A stretch of DNA of 62,679 nt, the filler included, from Diploschistes diacapsis (lineage: Eukaryota): the NCBI GenBank assembly GCA_023645945.1. It is 10 parts of 10 records of this genome, joined end to end, with 100 filler letters (N's around TTAATTAATTAA, not from the genome) between each part and the next. Parts side by side here need not be neighbours in the genome. Positions count along the whole stretch, not along the records: positions 50,296 to 56,440 come from JALAIB010001430.1; positions 56,541 to 62,679 come from JALAIB010001431.1; 8 more parts are not named here. One strand, given 5' to 3'. Shown here piece by piece: positions 50,619 to 61,439 of the stretch. The notes beneath the pieces were generated by a model, which had not been told where the DNA came from, did not search any database, and worked only from the letters and a program-made list of their open reading frames with translations. Position 1 is the first letter of the stretch. Each line of letters opens with the position of its first letter. Both the position numbers and the translations under genes were made by a program.

Positions 50619-52390
50619 GAAGAACTCCTCCCTCTTGATCCTCCCCACCAAATCCGCCGGGCCCCCCTCTTCTTTGACAACGCGCGCGGCTTCGAGCGTG
50701 ACCAGCCGTATCTGCTCGTGCGCTTCCTGGCGCGAGATGCCCGCCGCGACGAGCTTGAGGAGGATGCTCTCCGTGGCCATGAAGGGGAGGTCTTGAGCGA
50801 GTTGGCTGGTGATTTGTGGTACGTGCACGACGAGGGCGGAGGTCACGTTGTCGAGCGAGAGGAGGATGGCGTCGGCGAGGAGGAAGAGTTCCGGGATGTC
50901 GGACCGGCGGATGGCGGACTGGACAGTGTTAGCCACGCTAGCGGTGAGGTTTTTGCAGGAAGGACTGAATACCAACATCGTCTAGGGTCCTGCCAAGATG
51001 TTAGTGAAAACTGGTGAGGAGGGTGGTGGCAGTTGTTTCGGACCTTTCAAACCATTGGGAAGCAAACGTGTCGGCGAAGTTTGCGCGGAGGTTCTTCAGC
51101 TTTCGTCCGAGAGAGCAGATGCGTTCGGACCGCATTGGGTTCATCTGCCAAGGTGTTAGGAAGAAAGCGCGCTGGCCCTCGATGTACTTATTTTCCATGG
51201 CATGCTGCTGCTGCCCGTTCTTGGCTCACTCAGTAATCATTCATTATTCTTCGACTGTTGGTTACTCACTGAGTTGATTCGAAAGGCTCATCCACGATCT
51301 TATCGTGGGCCATGTGGCGAATATCCTGCAGTAATGAGTCGAATTGAACTTGAAAATATGAGTGCGGAGAGAATATCGCACGGTAGCAATGCGAATCGCA
51401 GTAGCGCCGAGTGATGAAACAGCGTTTGCGATCCGAAGGTCCACCTTGCGGCTATAAGTTTGGGTGGACTTTGCTCGTCAGCTCCGGTTCTCTACCACAC
51501 GGCGGAGATATATACAATATCGTAGCAGCACGGGAAACCTGCTTTCTGGCTGAGAATCTCGTTGAGCCTATCGACTTTAGACGAGTCTCCGTTGAACACC
51601 TCCAAGAAGGAGGCCTGGGTCCCGGTAGCTCCTTGCGCGCCCCTGAATCGAAGGGTGGATCTGGCATATTCGATATCCTCGAGGTCCATTGCAAGATCCT
51701 GCGCCCATGAACAGAATCTTTTCCCGAGCGAGATAGGTAGAGCACTTTGATAATGCGTGAGGCCTAGCGTAGGCAAGTCTTTGTACTTGATTGCGAGCTT
51801 AGAGATGTTATGTAAGACCTTTGCCAGCTTTGGGAGCGTCATTTCGAGGGCATTGCGAAGGAAGATCAAGTCCGCGTTGTCAGTTACCTACCCTCCATCA
51901 GCTTCAACCTCGGTGACCGCAACGCAAAAGTCTCCCCACATAGCACGACGTTGCTCCAAGGTGGATGAAGGGTTCGGCCTTAGGCGCAACTTGACCGAAA
52001 GCATATACGTGAGCTATACCTTTCAGCACCTTTCTGAAGAACGCAGAACGATCTTACCGACCCATAACATCGTGGCGGCGCCTCTTTTCTTCCTCGGCGG
52101 CGACCTGAAAGCTCTCGTCGGTCACGGTGATATTGGCGTTCATCTGTGCGAGTGCTTCGTCGGTTATGCCTTCCACACCCAGCTAGATACCCTCATTTAT
52201 GATCAGAGAACCGAAAATCACAGCTTAGATCGTGTGAAGACATATGGATTACCTCCTTCTGTGCTTCCGCGAGATAGCACCACAGCTGTCGCCATGTTGA
52301 GAAGCGGGTTCTAGCACTAAACAATGCTTTCATCTCCTTGCTAGAGTAACGAGAATCCAAAGGCGTCACATAGGTGTCGAAATTAGGCAT
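50619..52390 (-). CDS. ADE13: Adenylosuccinate lyase family protein, divergent, about 10 introns; final exon not found; possibly compromised
   Basis: [80 protein letters not shown] and PFMATE. Confidence 0.85.
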
Positions 52391-52866
52391 TTTGGAATGA
52401 TATATTCAAAGGACAACAGATAGCGCTTGGCTGTAGGGGGATATTGTGATGCAAAATTCGGAATGTGTATGAGCAGTTTATACACAGTTTTTTCCGTCTG
52501 AGCGCCGGCCGTACGTCAACTGCTAAGCTGCCTCAATACCCGAGCTAAAGGTTCAAGATAATAGAAAAAGACTGAATATGACACTGAGCTTCTTTTATTT
52601 CTAACCTTCAGTTAATTCATGGTAATAGGTTTGGTTGATTAGGACTTCCAAAACCCATAGACGCGATAAAAGGAGGATCAGAACACCAGAAATGAAGGCA
52701 ATAGATCAAAAAATGATACACGGTAATACACAGCAGAGCCCACGAGCACGAAACACCTCTCCATATACCAAAAAAAAAAGAAAAGGATGGCGAAGTAACC
52801 TTTCTCGTTTATTTTGTAATTGTGTTTTGCGCAAATCCCCCAACATTCAGCATCTGGCAGTATCTT

Positions 52867-52919
52867 TAGCACCATTGGCACCATTGGTACCATCAGCAAC
52901 ATTAGCATCACCAACATTG
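52867..52919. repeat. Degenerate 9-bp tandem repeat (AGCACCATT-like), about 6 copies
   Basis: agcaccatt ggcaccatt ggtaccatc agcaacatt agcatcacc aacatt. Confidence 0.6.
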
Positions 52920-53790
52920 TAGTAGGTTTTTACATAGGTGACCGAGGCTGGCATGAGGTTGAGGAATACTCTAAAAACAGCTCATCACGTCTCCAACCGC
53001 GTCCAATTAGCACACAGTGAAAGAGTCTCGGTGAGGAGACTTAAGTTAGTAAATATCGGCGTGTCGAACCCTTCGGACGGCGATCTAAGTCTCTATCACT
53101 ATGGACAGGTTTGAAGATCCGTGTCCATCAACGACACCAATTCTGACAGGTATAGTAACTAGGAATCATCCCCTGCTTTGTCTGTGTTCTCGTTTATCAA
53201 GGCCCTGAAGCGCTGCCCAAATAAGAAAAGAGGACTACTAGGCCATACAACCTCCAAGCTGCATCCCTTGACATTTCCTACCATTTCCTATTCCGGCCAT
53301 TTACTCTGTGACCCTATTGCTTGAACTTGCAAGGCAGAGCACTGCCAGACAAAGGATGCGGCGATCTAAGTTGGTCTGGATCTCGCATCAATAGCTACCA
53401 CGTGAAGTTGCTACGCCTTTGAGAAGTTGTCTTCTATGTTCAATGAATCCACAGCTTGGTCCACCACTTTCAGCCCAGGATGGCCATTCATCGGTGCACA
53501 ACATGGAGATCTTCTTTGGCTATCTGATTATTATTACGATAGTGGTACTTAGGTCACGAAAACTTTGGCCTGGACTTCTTTCGATCTATGGCTATGTCTT
53601 GGCCTAGAAGCTGGCCAGGCTTGGGGCGCTCCTTGTTGTGACTTGGAAATCCTATTATATTCCTGTTAAGTCTCCTTCTCTCAACTCCTTGGCACGCTCC
53701 TTACGCTGTCCTTGTACCTCGTTCTCAACCCAGCTATTCTTTCCCTGCAAGGTACGTAGGAAGCGAGGCAAAAGAAACTTCCTCATAGCC

Positions 53791-55239
53791 ATGGTCTCTT
53801 CAACGCTCACTGTGCTGGCAATTGCTGCCTTTCTCAATCGGGTTTCTGCTCGGACCTCGGCGTCTTGCAATCCTCTTAATGTCACTTGCTCTGCCGATGC
53901 TGCTCTTGGCAAGTCCGTTCTCTATGACTTTACCAAAGGCCCTTCAACAGATTGGTCTCTTTCAACTGGTTCGTTTCCTACATTCAATTCTTTAGGTGCC
54001 GAGTTCTCTATCGTCAACATGCTTGATTCGCCTACTTTGTCTTCGAACTGGTACATCATGTTCGGTCACTACGACATCGTCCTGAAAGCAGCGTCGGGCC
54101 AAGGCGCTATTAGCAGTGTGGTTCTCCTTTCGGACGACCTTGACGAGATCGACTTTGAGTTTTTGGGAGCGCAGGACAACAATGTACAGACGAATTACTT
54201 TGGGAAGGGGATCACAGGCAACTATGACCGCGAGATTACTGTTCCCGTAGCATCGCCACAGGAGACCTTCCATACCTACAGCGTGGATTGGACAGCCGAA
54301 GCTATTACGTGGTCTATCGACGGCAATGTGATGCGAACCTTGACGCCTCAGACGGCCGACACAAACCAATACCCTCAGACTCCCATGAGGATGAAGATTG
54401 GAACATGGCCGAGCGGTGACCCATCCGAACCCGAAGGAGTGATCCAATGGGGCGGAGGACTAATCAACTACAATGATGGTCCCTTCACTATGACTGTCCA
54501 GAGCGTTAGGGTCGTCGACTACTCCTCGGGAACGAGCTACAGCTATGGGAATAATTCCGGCACTTGGCAGAGCCTGCAGTCAAGTGGTGGCAAAATCAAC
54601 TCCTCCGGCAACCCCAACACCCCTGCCTCGACTGCCTCTATGGAAGGCTTCAGTACTTCGAAGCCTACTTCAACGCCGACACCCACTCTTAACCCTTCGT
54701 CCACGAGCTTTAAAGCTACCATCACTAGTTCATCGCCAGTGATTAACCAATCGTACAGTTCGTCAGCTCCAGCAAACAAAGCTGCCGCGTCTAGCTTTAC
54801 GAGTGTCACCACCAAAGCCAGCACGCTTTCTGGAGTAATAACTTCCCTGTCTCATTCTTTGATCTTGAGCACAGATGCACCGTCGCATGTTACTGCTACC
54901 ATTAACCCCAGTGCGTCAGCTGAGCCTGTCGGTGGCTTCGGGACCGCCAGCTCTAGCTCTCGTGCCACTCCCAGCTCCAGCTCCAGCTCCAGCTCCAGCT
55001 CGCACGGTAGCGCCTCTATGACTTTATCAAGCTCCTCGGTTCATACCACTAAGCCGACCGCCTCGGGTTTCTCGACCGTTAATGCAAAAGCAAGCAGCGT
55101 AATCTCTTCTAGAAGTACAACCATCCTTACTCCTGCTTCAGGCGTGAGCTCACATTCAAGCTTACCAACATCGGGCTCGCACACTAGTGGCCATTTCAGT
55201 ACGCCTACAGTAGCGACCAGCAAGCCTACAAGTCCCTGA
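53791..55239 (+). CDS. Crh-family GH16 chitin transglycosylase with a Ser/Thr-rich tail; the frame stays open past the TGA to 55776
   Basis: Signal peptide MVSSTLTVLAIAAFLNRVSA, CNPLNVTC, catalytic DLDEIDFEFLG, VQTNYFGKG and YPQTPM. Confidence 0.9.
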   Translation: MVSSTLTVLAIAAFLNRVSARTSASCNPLNVTCSADAALGKSVLYDFTKGPSTDWSLSTGSFPTFNSLGAEFSIVNMLDSPTLSSNWYIMFGHYDIVLKAASGQGAISSVVLLSDDLDEIDFEFLGAQDNNVQTNYFGKGITGNYDREITVPVASPQETFHTYSVDWTAEAITWSIDGNVMRTLTPQTADTNQYPQTPMRMKIGTWPSGDPSEPEGVIQWGGGLINYNDGPFTMTVQSVRVVDYSSGTSYSYGNNSGTWQSLQSSGGKINSSGNPNTPASTASMEGFSTSKPTSTPTPTLNPSSTSFKATITSSSPVINQSYSSSAPANKAAASSFTSVTTKASTLSGVITSLSHSLILSTDAPSHVTATINPSASAEPVGGFGTASSSSRATPSSSSSSSSSSHGSASMTLSSSSVHTTKPTASGFSTVNAKASSVISSRSTTILTPASGVSSHSSLPTSGSHTSGHFSTPTVATSKPTSP

Positions 55240-56440
55240 GCGGGTACGAACAAGTCCACGGCTTCGGGCTTCCCTACTATCACCACAAAGGCCACCACAA
55301 CCCTCGGCACAAGCATCAAACACCTGTCTACTTCCACAGCCCTCGGAACAAGCACCAAGCCTAGGTCTATTTCCGCAACCATCGAAACAGGTACCAAGCT
55401 CACGTCTGCTTCCACAACCCTCAAAACAAGCACCAAGCCCACCTCCACCTCAAGTAAACCCCCCACATCGGCTTCCTCAACCGGCAAATACGGCTCCAAT
55501 TTCAGCCCCGGACCTACCGTTGTACCTACCTCCACATCCACCAACACGTCTGACTCAACTTCGAAACATAGCTCATCCTTCGCCACTTCCCCTATGTCCG
55601 GCTCGCCCACCAAGTCTAGCCCTACTACCAGCCCGACCTCGGACGTAATAACCGAGATCTCGCCGGCGGTGCAATCGAAGATCGCCGAGATCTCGATGAC
55701 AAACCCGATTGAGGCCCAGTGGCTCCAGCAGCTTTGGGGTTGGGTTGAGGTTCTCATTAGGAGCGCGGAGGCTTGAAAGGAAATGGACGGTCTGGCCTGG
55801 GGAGGAGACAGGGGCCCGAGGCGCAGGAGGTGGCCAAGGTCAAGGGAAGGGGGGACAAAGGTTGCTTTCCAGTGGCGTTGGGAGTTTACGTCGGAGACCG
55901 AATGGGGCTTTGTCTAAAGGACTTCCGGGGCTACTGGTTGAGATCCTTTGTTGGCTCCTTCGGATCGACAAGGGTAAGAGGATTGGACGTCTGAAGTATG
56001 AAGGAAGGAAAGGGAAAGCGGTGAAGTGAATCCGGCACCTTTGATGATTTCGATGAGCTTTTATGTTCTGTCTAGATATCTTTCTAATGCGTGATATCCG
56101 ATGTTCTATCTTGTGATTAATCTAGAGTACATAGCCGCTTGATGGGCTTATCGTTCCTCTGCTTCCGCTAATACGTGGATTGTTTTTGTGCATCAAGGGC
56201 TCCTACCACGTGGTAGCTGTCGATCCGAGTGATTTTCTCCTGCAGTTCAGCTGCCTGCTAACAATCGAAAGGCTGTTCTGCCACATCAATCTCTCCGTCA
56301 ACGCCGATAGCTCCAACAGCAACGACGGCACCGCCAAAATGCCCCAGCGGGCGACGGATAGCCGTACAACCCACCTCCCATCCTTCCGCAGCCATACCCA
56401 TCCTTCCCCCCTCTCCCCACCCAAGCGCCGCCATCAGACC

Positions 56441-56540
56441 NNNNNNNNNNNNNNNNNNNNNNNNNNNNNNNNNNNNNNNNNNNNTTAATTAATTAANNNN
56501 NNNNNNNNNNNNNNNNNNNNNNNNNNNNNNNNNNNNNNNN
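56441..56540. other. Artificial contig linker
   Basis: N44-TTAATTAATTAA-N44. Confidence 0.97.
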
Positions 56541-56899
56541 CTACATTATAATGTAATTACGCTAGATAGTTTTAAGCGAGCTTTTGAGCCCCACAACCAC
56601 ACATAAAATTATTTGTACGAAACTAAATCTGTTTTCAACTACATTATACGAAGGTGCAGGGATTGTGTTCCGCTTCGTTGGGTGTTCCGTTTCCTGGGGA
56701 AAGAATTTATTATTCGACCATGCCGCTAATGTACGTTCATATTATAACGACGATAAAATATTATACGAATGTTTTATTGATTTTAACGTCGCCGTCGGCG
56801 ATATTATTATATATAATTAACATGCTAACCAAGGTAGGTCGACGGCAACGCTACTAAATCATTTATAGGGGTGCTGAACCTCTCTATTAAAGTGGTGAG

Positions 56900-57720
56900 T
56901 GTTACGGGCGTTTGATTAACGGAATCATGAAGTTTCTGTGGGTATAAGGCCGTCGGTACGTCGCGAAGACCGTGGCGGATTCACAAATCCAGAACTCTCT
57001 GATTCCCATTTCTTTATAGAAGGGACTATTCGCGAAAGCTTGCGCTGCATGTTCCCTTGTTTGCCAAAGGTCTCTCCTATCTGTGGAGGCGTTGGCGATG
57101 CCCAAGTTCGCACCGGAATTATCGCTCTTATCTGATCTGACAGTTCAGCCCATCTTGATGACAGGCTCCATCAAGACGAGTCCAAATTGATTCTGATGCC
57201 TGTTAGCATTCCCACACTAATGTTGGAGTACGATTGAGCCCCCCCAAAACTGTGACCAGTGACAACAATCGGGGGTAGCATTTCTCTCCTGAATTGATTG
57301 ACCATATGAAGCAGATATTACGAGGGATCAAACCAGGACGCTGTGCCGAACATCAGCATAGAAGACATAGATGGAGCAACTCTACGCTTACGATCGTTGC
57401 CTAGGCTGTTTTCATTGAGTTATTGTTATTCCGCTTCTACCCTGGTGCGCACCGTCCGCAACCCAGAATATTTTTGATTTCGAATCCGTTCATATGGGCA
57501 CGGCAATTCATCTCATGCCATAGTCGCTCATAAAGCTCCTTGTGCCACAGAAAAAAGTTGCCTTGGGGAACCCATTAGCGTGAGCTCCAACAATAGTGAT
57601 TACATTTGTGGACGTTGACTGGGGTATATACACTGTTTGATGTGGAGCTTGAGTGCTTCGTCCTGGCCAGTTGTTGTGCCTGCTGCTTCGATGACGTTCT
57701 CAATGTAGAACTCATCGTAC
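56900..57720 (-). pseudogene. Alpha/beta-hydrolase pseudogene (fungal HANGFPKE / GHSxGG type)
   Basis: Fragments LKLHIKQ, ITIVGAHANGFPK, ELYERLW, IWVADGAHQG, SWFDPS*YLLHMVNQF, VTGHSFGG, RRDLWQTREHAAQAF and GLRDVPTALYP, separated by stops and frameshifts. Confidence 0.8.
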
Positions 57721-57984
57721 TCGGTCGCAAAACTGTTGCTCTTCTATCCAATCATTGGTTTACACCTAATTGTACTTTCCACATGGACATTATGTATCAT
57801 GACAGTGTTTGTTGGCGACAAAAACGACGAGCGGGTGGGAGGTCATAGCCGAAAGAGCAAGCAGGAAAGGATCTGAAAACGAGTGTTAAAAGCAACACCC
57901 TTTTAGGTTAGGCAAACGTAAGTGAACTTGTTGCTGAGAGTCAACTTGTAGGCTTTCATTAGGTTACATGCACAATTTTCCATA

Positions 57985-60900
57985 CTAATTGTCTCTCTCC
58001 TTTTTATCTTGAAGCAGCTCTGCGTATTCATCGGCCGAAGCAAATATCGGAAGGTCTTTCAGGGTCTTCCTTCTTTTCTGAGCCTTTTGAGGTCCGTCCT
58101 GAATCAACGCTTCTACGACCCCCTCAATCTTACCAACATCTTCCCCCGATAACTCATTATCACTGGCCCAAACATCGTCTTGTTCGTCATCGAGCTTGAA
58201 TCCCTCGCTGTTGCTAACAGAGTCTGTATCAGAGCTGGCTGAGAGGGCTTTATTGCCATCTCCCATAATGGATGTTATATCACTCAGATCGCTCTCAATA
58301 CCCAGCGCACCCGCTTCATCTGCTTCTAGCTCCGGCCTCGAATCAATCAGTGCCTTCCAGATCTCTTCCTCTTCGTCATCAGATGCCGTCTTGCTTGCAG
58401 TCCCGTCATTCATTGCAGAAAGCTTTCGTTGTTTCAGGGGTTTCTTATGCGCATTGTCCTTATTTCTCGCTTTCGCGTTGAAATACTGATGGAAGAATAT
58501 TTCGTCCGGTGCAGTCTCACTTTCCTCGTTTGATTCGGAGTTCAAGCTATTGATGGGAGCTCTAATATAGCGGTATTGGCTACGTGCAGTCATCAACCCA
58601 TCTGAGCCATCCGTGGCCGCGTGAGGTTGCATTACAGAAGTGCCATGAAGGCCGCTTGCAGGCTTCTTAGGATTCCGGTACACAAATCGATCAAGGAAAG
58701 CGATCAAGGTATGCAAAGTCAAATCTGGCTGCGTGGCGATTTTGTCTTGTGGCAGAAGAAGTTTCGAAGCAAAAAGCGAAACCGACGGATGAAAATGGTG
58801 AAGAATAGGATCCTGTATGCAATTAGCCGCTCCTGTTTCGGGTAGAGATTCGATGAGTGAACAGACCATTTCCCAGAGACAGCTTCTATCAGCGCTAGTG
58901 AATTGAGGGTCCCGTTTCCTGCCATTGTATCTCTGATCTCGAACTTGTCCGGAATCCGTTCTTGTTACAGATGCATGCGCCCCTTCATTGACCCTATTTC
59001 TTGCACCGTCTGTCTCGTTATTGTCCAAATTTTCAGGTTGGTCAATGAGCGTGTGCACGATAGGAAAAGTATTTTCAAGTTGCTTGATTAAATAGAATGC
59101 TGCACAAGCGAAAGCAGGCTGGTGCATAGCGCTTGTTTGAGCAATACGCTTTACAAATGCCTGCACCCTTTTTGTATCTATGTCAGCTTCCAAAGCCCTG
59201 AACAGAAGGTTGATGTAGAGGGTCTGCTTTGAGGTCGTTAACAACCTAGGATCAAGCAGAGACTCGTACAGTGTCCGGTAAAATCTGTCCGTCGATGCTA
59301 TATGAGAGCTACAGAGCTGCTGAATGAGCATGAGAGCTTGTAAGCTTGTGTTAAAGTTGGACGAATGAGTGATTCTGAAGAGAATGTCCAAATTTTTCTC
59401 GAAGAACGCGTCATTTGAGCTAGCGAACGGAAATGCACGATTGATACCCGTCAGTATTGCTGAAAGGATCTTTTCTTCAAGCTCGTGATCGGTATCACCT
59501 GCCCTTCTAGAGGCCATACCGTCATTGCCAGCCTGTCTAGTTTTTGCCGCACTCTTCCCTCTAGGCTTTGAGTTCTGGTTCGCTACAGGCACTCCACTGC
59601 TAGGAGAAGCCTGTCCGCCTAAGAGAAGCAAGAAGAGAGCAAAATAAATCTCCAAAACCTTGGTGACAACCTCGGGCTGATTCCCATTGAGCACAGTCTG
59701 ATTTAAAGTGATTACTGCATAGTATTTTGCGTGCAAGCGCTGGCCTTGTTTGAACAGCACGGCTGATTCAATCGTGGAAATTATGACGGTTTTCATGAAG
59801 GGATGTGGCAACTGGAGCTGCACGAGGCTTGAAGAGGCTTTGGAAGCAATCTTCTTTTCAGGATCGCCTAGTTTGTTAACCAACAGATGTAACAGATTTG
59901 CCTCTTGCTCCGGCTTTTCTCGCAGCAGATCGTAAACAAACTCCACGGCTTTCACCCTGGAATACACGATTTCATCGCTGCCCCACACTTCCAAGATTTT
60001 AATTATCTCAAAGTATGTACTCTTCAGCCAATCCTCGAATGCCCAGATCACGAGGTGAGCTTTCTGAATAGGCGAGGGCAGCAGTCGTGAAGGATCCCAA
60101 CCTTCGAAGCTTTTTGAGCAAAATGCTGCTAAGGCCGGTTGGCTCGCGAAAGCTCTGAGCCTCCTATCTGACGGGAGCACCGAACCCGCACTAAACAGAT
60201 CTTTAAGAGCGCCGAGGACTTCCATTGCTTGGCTTCGGTTACGCTTTCTAGCGAGGCCAATGAGGTTTTCAAGAGCCTGCATGTTGTGTAAAGGCGATTC
60301 TTGAATCGACAGCGTTAGAGCAGAAACTTTGTCAGCAAGAGTTCCAGATACGATTATAGCCAAGTAAAATTTATTCGAAGATGAAGAGCGCTTTGTTTCA
60401 GCGTAGTGTTGATTTTCTTGCAGAAGCAGCTCTCTGGCATATGCCAGCAGGCCAGAATTTACGCTGACATTAGGCGATTGATATATTTCCGCCTCCACCT
60501 CGGGGAGAATGGCATTAAACCAGTCCGGCCGAGGCTCAAGAATCAACGCTGGGGTCAAACTTGAGTCTGCTGGAGTGCTTTTGAGATAGTGCTGCTTTCT
60601 GAGGCCTGGGTGAAAATGAGGGTTGCTATCTTGCAAAGCCAGTTTCGAGTCTCCGTTTCTCGCCTCAACTATTTCGACATCCTGGATCATATGCTGAGGG
60701 TCTTTGAACAGATCCATCTTAGCTAATGGCGATGCGTCCACTTCAATTTTGGCATGCGATTGTCTTCGATGTCGGCTCTTTTCCGAGCCTTGATGACCTT
60801 GTCTGTTGGATTCACGTATCGTTTTTTGCAATGGGATATCCTCCGCAACCCCCCAACTAGATCGCTTGGGGTTTCCGTCCCGGAACCTTTTCTTGCCTTT

Positions 60901-61029
60901 AGACAGACCATTCAAAGTTGGCACCGAGCCATGAATTCCCGCTTGTGTACCCTCGGTTTTAGCAGACCTGAGGTTCGCATTTTTCGAGTCAGGGGCTTCT
61001 TTATTAACCATTGGTTTGAAGGTAGACAT
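57985..61029 (-). CDS. MAK21: Ribosome biogenesis protein Mak21/Noc1 (CBF/CEBPZ family)
   Basis: SGTLADKVSALTL, PEQEANLLHLLVNKLGD, DRFYRTLYESLLD, YNGRKRDP, HHFHPSV, FLDRFVYRNPK and PIFASADEY. In-frame intron at 58813-58866. Confidence 0.92.
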   Translation of the reverse strand: MSTFKPMVNKEAPDSKNANLRSAKTEGTQAGIHGSVPTLNGLSKGKKRFRDGNPKRSSWGVAEDIPLQKTIRESNRQGHQGSEKSRHRRQSHAKIEVDASPLAKMDLFKDPQHMIQDVEIVEARNGDSKLALQDSNPHFHPGLRKQHYLKSTPADSSLTPALILEPRPDWFNAILPEVEAEIYQSPNVSVNSGLLAYARELLLQENQHYAETKRSSSSNKFYLAIIVSGTLADKVSALTLSIQESPLHNMQALENLIGLARKRNRSQAMEVLGALKDLFSAGSVLPSDRRLRAFASQPALAAFCSKSFEGWDPSRLLPSPIQKAHLVIWAFEDWLKSTYFEIIKILEVWGSDEIVYSRVKAVEFVYDLLREKPEQEANLLHLLVNKLGDPEKKIASKASSSLVQLQLPHPFMKTVIISTIESAVLFKQGQRLHAKYYAVITLNQTVLNGNQPEVVTKVLEIYFALFLLLLGGQASPSSGVPVANQNSKPRGKSAAKTRQAGNDGMASRRAGDTDHELEEKILSAILTGINRAFPFASSNDAFFEKNLDILFRITHSSNFNTSLQALMLIQQLCSSHIASTDRFYRTLYESLLDPRLLTTSKQTLYINLLFRALEADIDTKRVQAFVKRIAQTSAMHQPAFACAAFYLIKQLENTFPIVHTLIDQPENLDNNETDGARNRVNEGAHASVTRTDSGQVRDQRYNGRKRDPQFTSADRSCLWEMVCSLIESLPETGAANCIQDPILHHFHPSVSLFASKLLLPQDKIATQPDLTLHTLIAFLDRFVYRNPKKPASGLHGTSVMQPHAATDGSDGLMTARSQYRYIRAPINSLNSESNEESETAPDEIFFHQYFNAKARNKDNAHKKPLKQRKLSAMNDGTASKTASDDEEEEIWKALIDSRPELEADEAGALGIESDLSDITSIMGDGNKALSASSDTDSVSNSEGFKLDDEQDDVWASDNELSGEDVGKIEGVVEALIQDGPQKAQKRRKTLKDLPIFASADEYAELLQDKKERDN

Positions 61030-61439
61030 CCTTTTCGAGAGGGGAATTGTTGCAGCGGATAAGATCACAAGGAATGTATCAGGCCAAGTTCAGAAGCTCA
61101 AAGTGGTGTTCGTTATTCAATCTACTTGCAGAGCCAGCAGGTGGTTCCTACTTTCTTATTAACCTTGGCATGGATTTCTCGCCTCTATAGACCTAGATTG
61201 GCTATAAAAGCCATCTATGTCAAGTATGAAGAATTCTTGGCTGAAATTGTGTATCGAATCTCAACAAGAAAGTGAAACCCCTATACTATGAAGAAACGTG
61301 GGATGAGAAGTTTTCATTCGCCGGCCTTTATATCGTAATTAGAATCTAATGGAAATAATCTTTTTTCTTTCTGTCGGAATATAAACATGAACTGCTGCTT
61401 GCTAAGAGGTGCGCATCTTTTGGTCTAGCGGTTTAGTTT

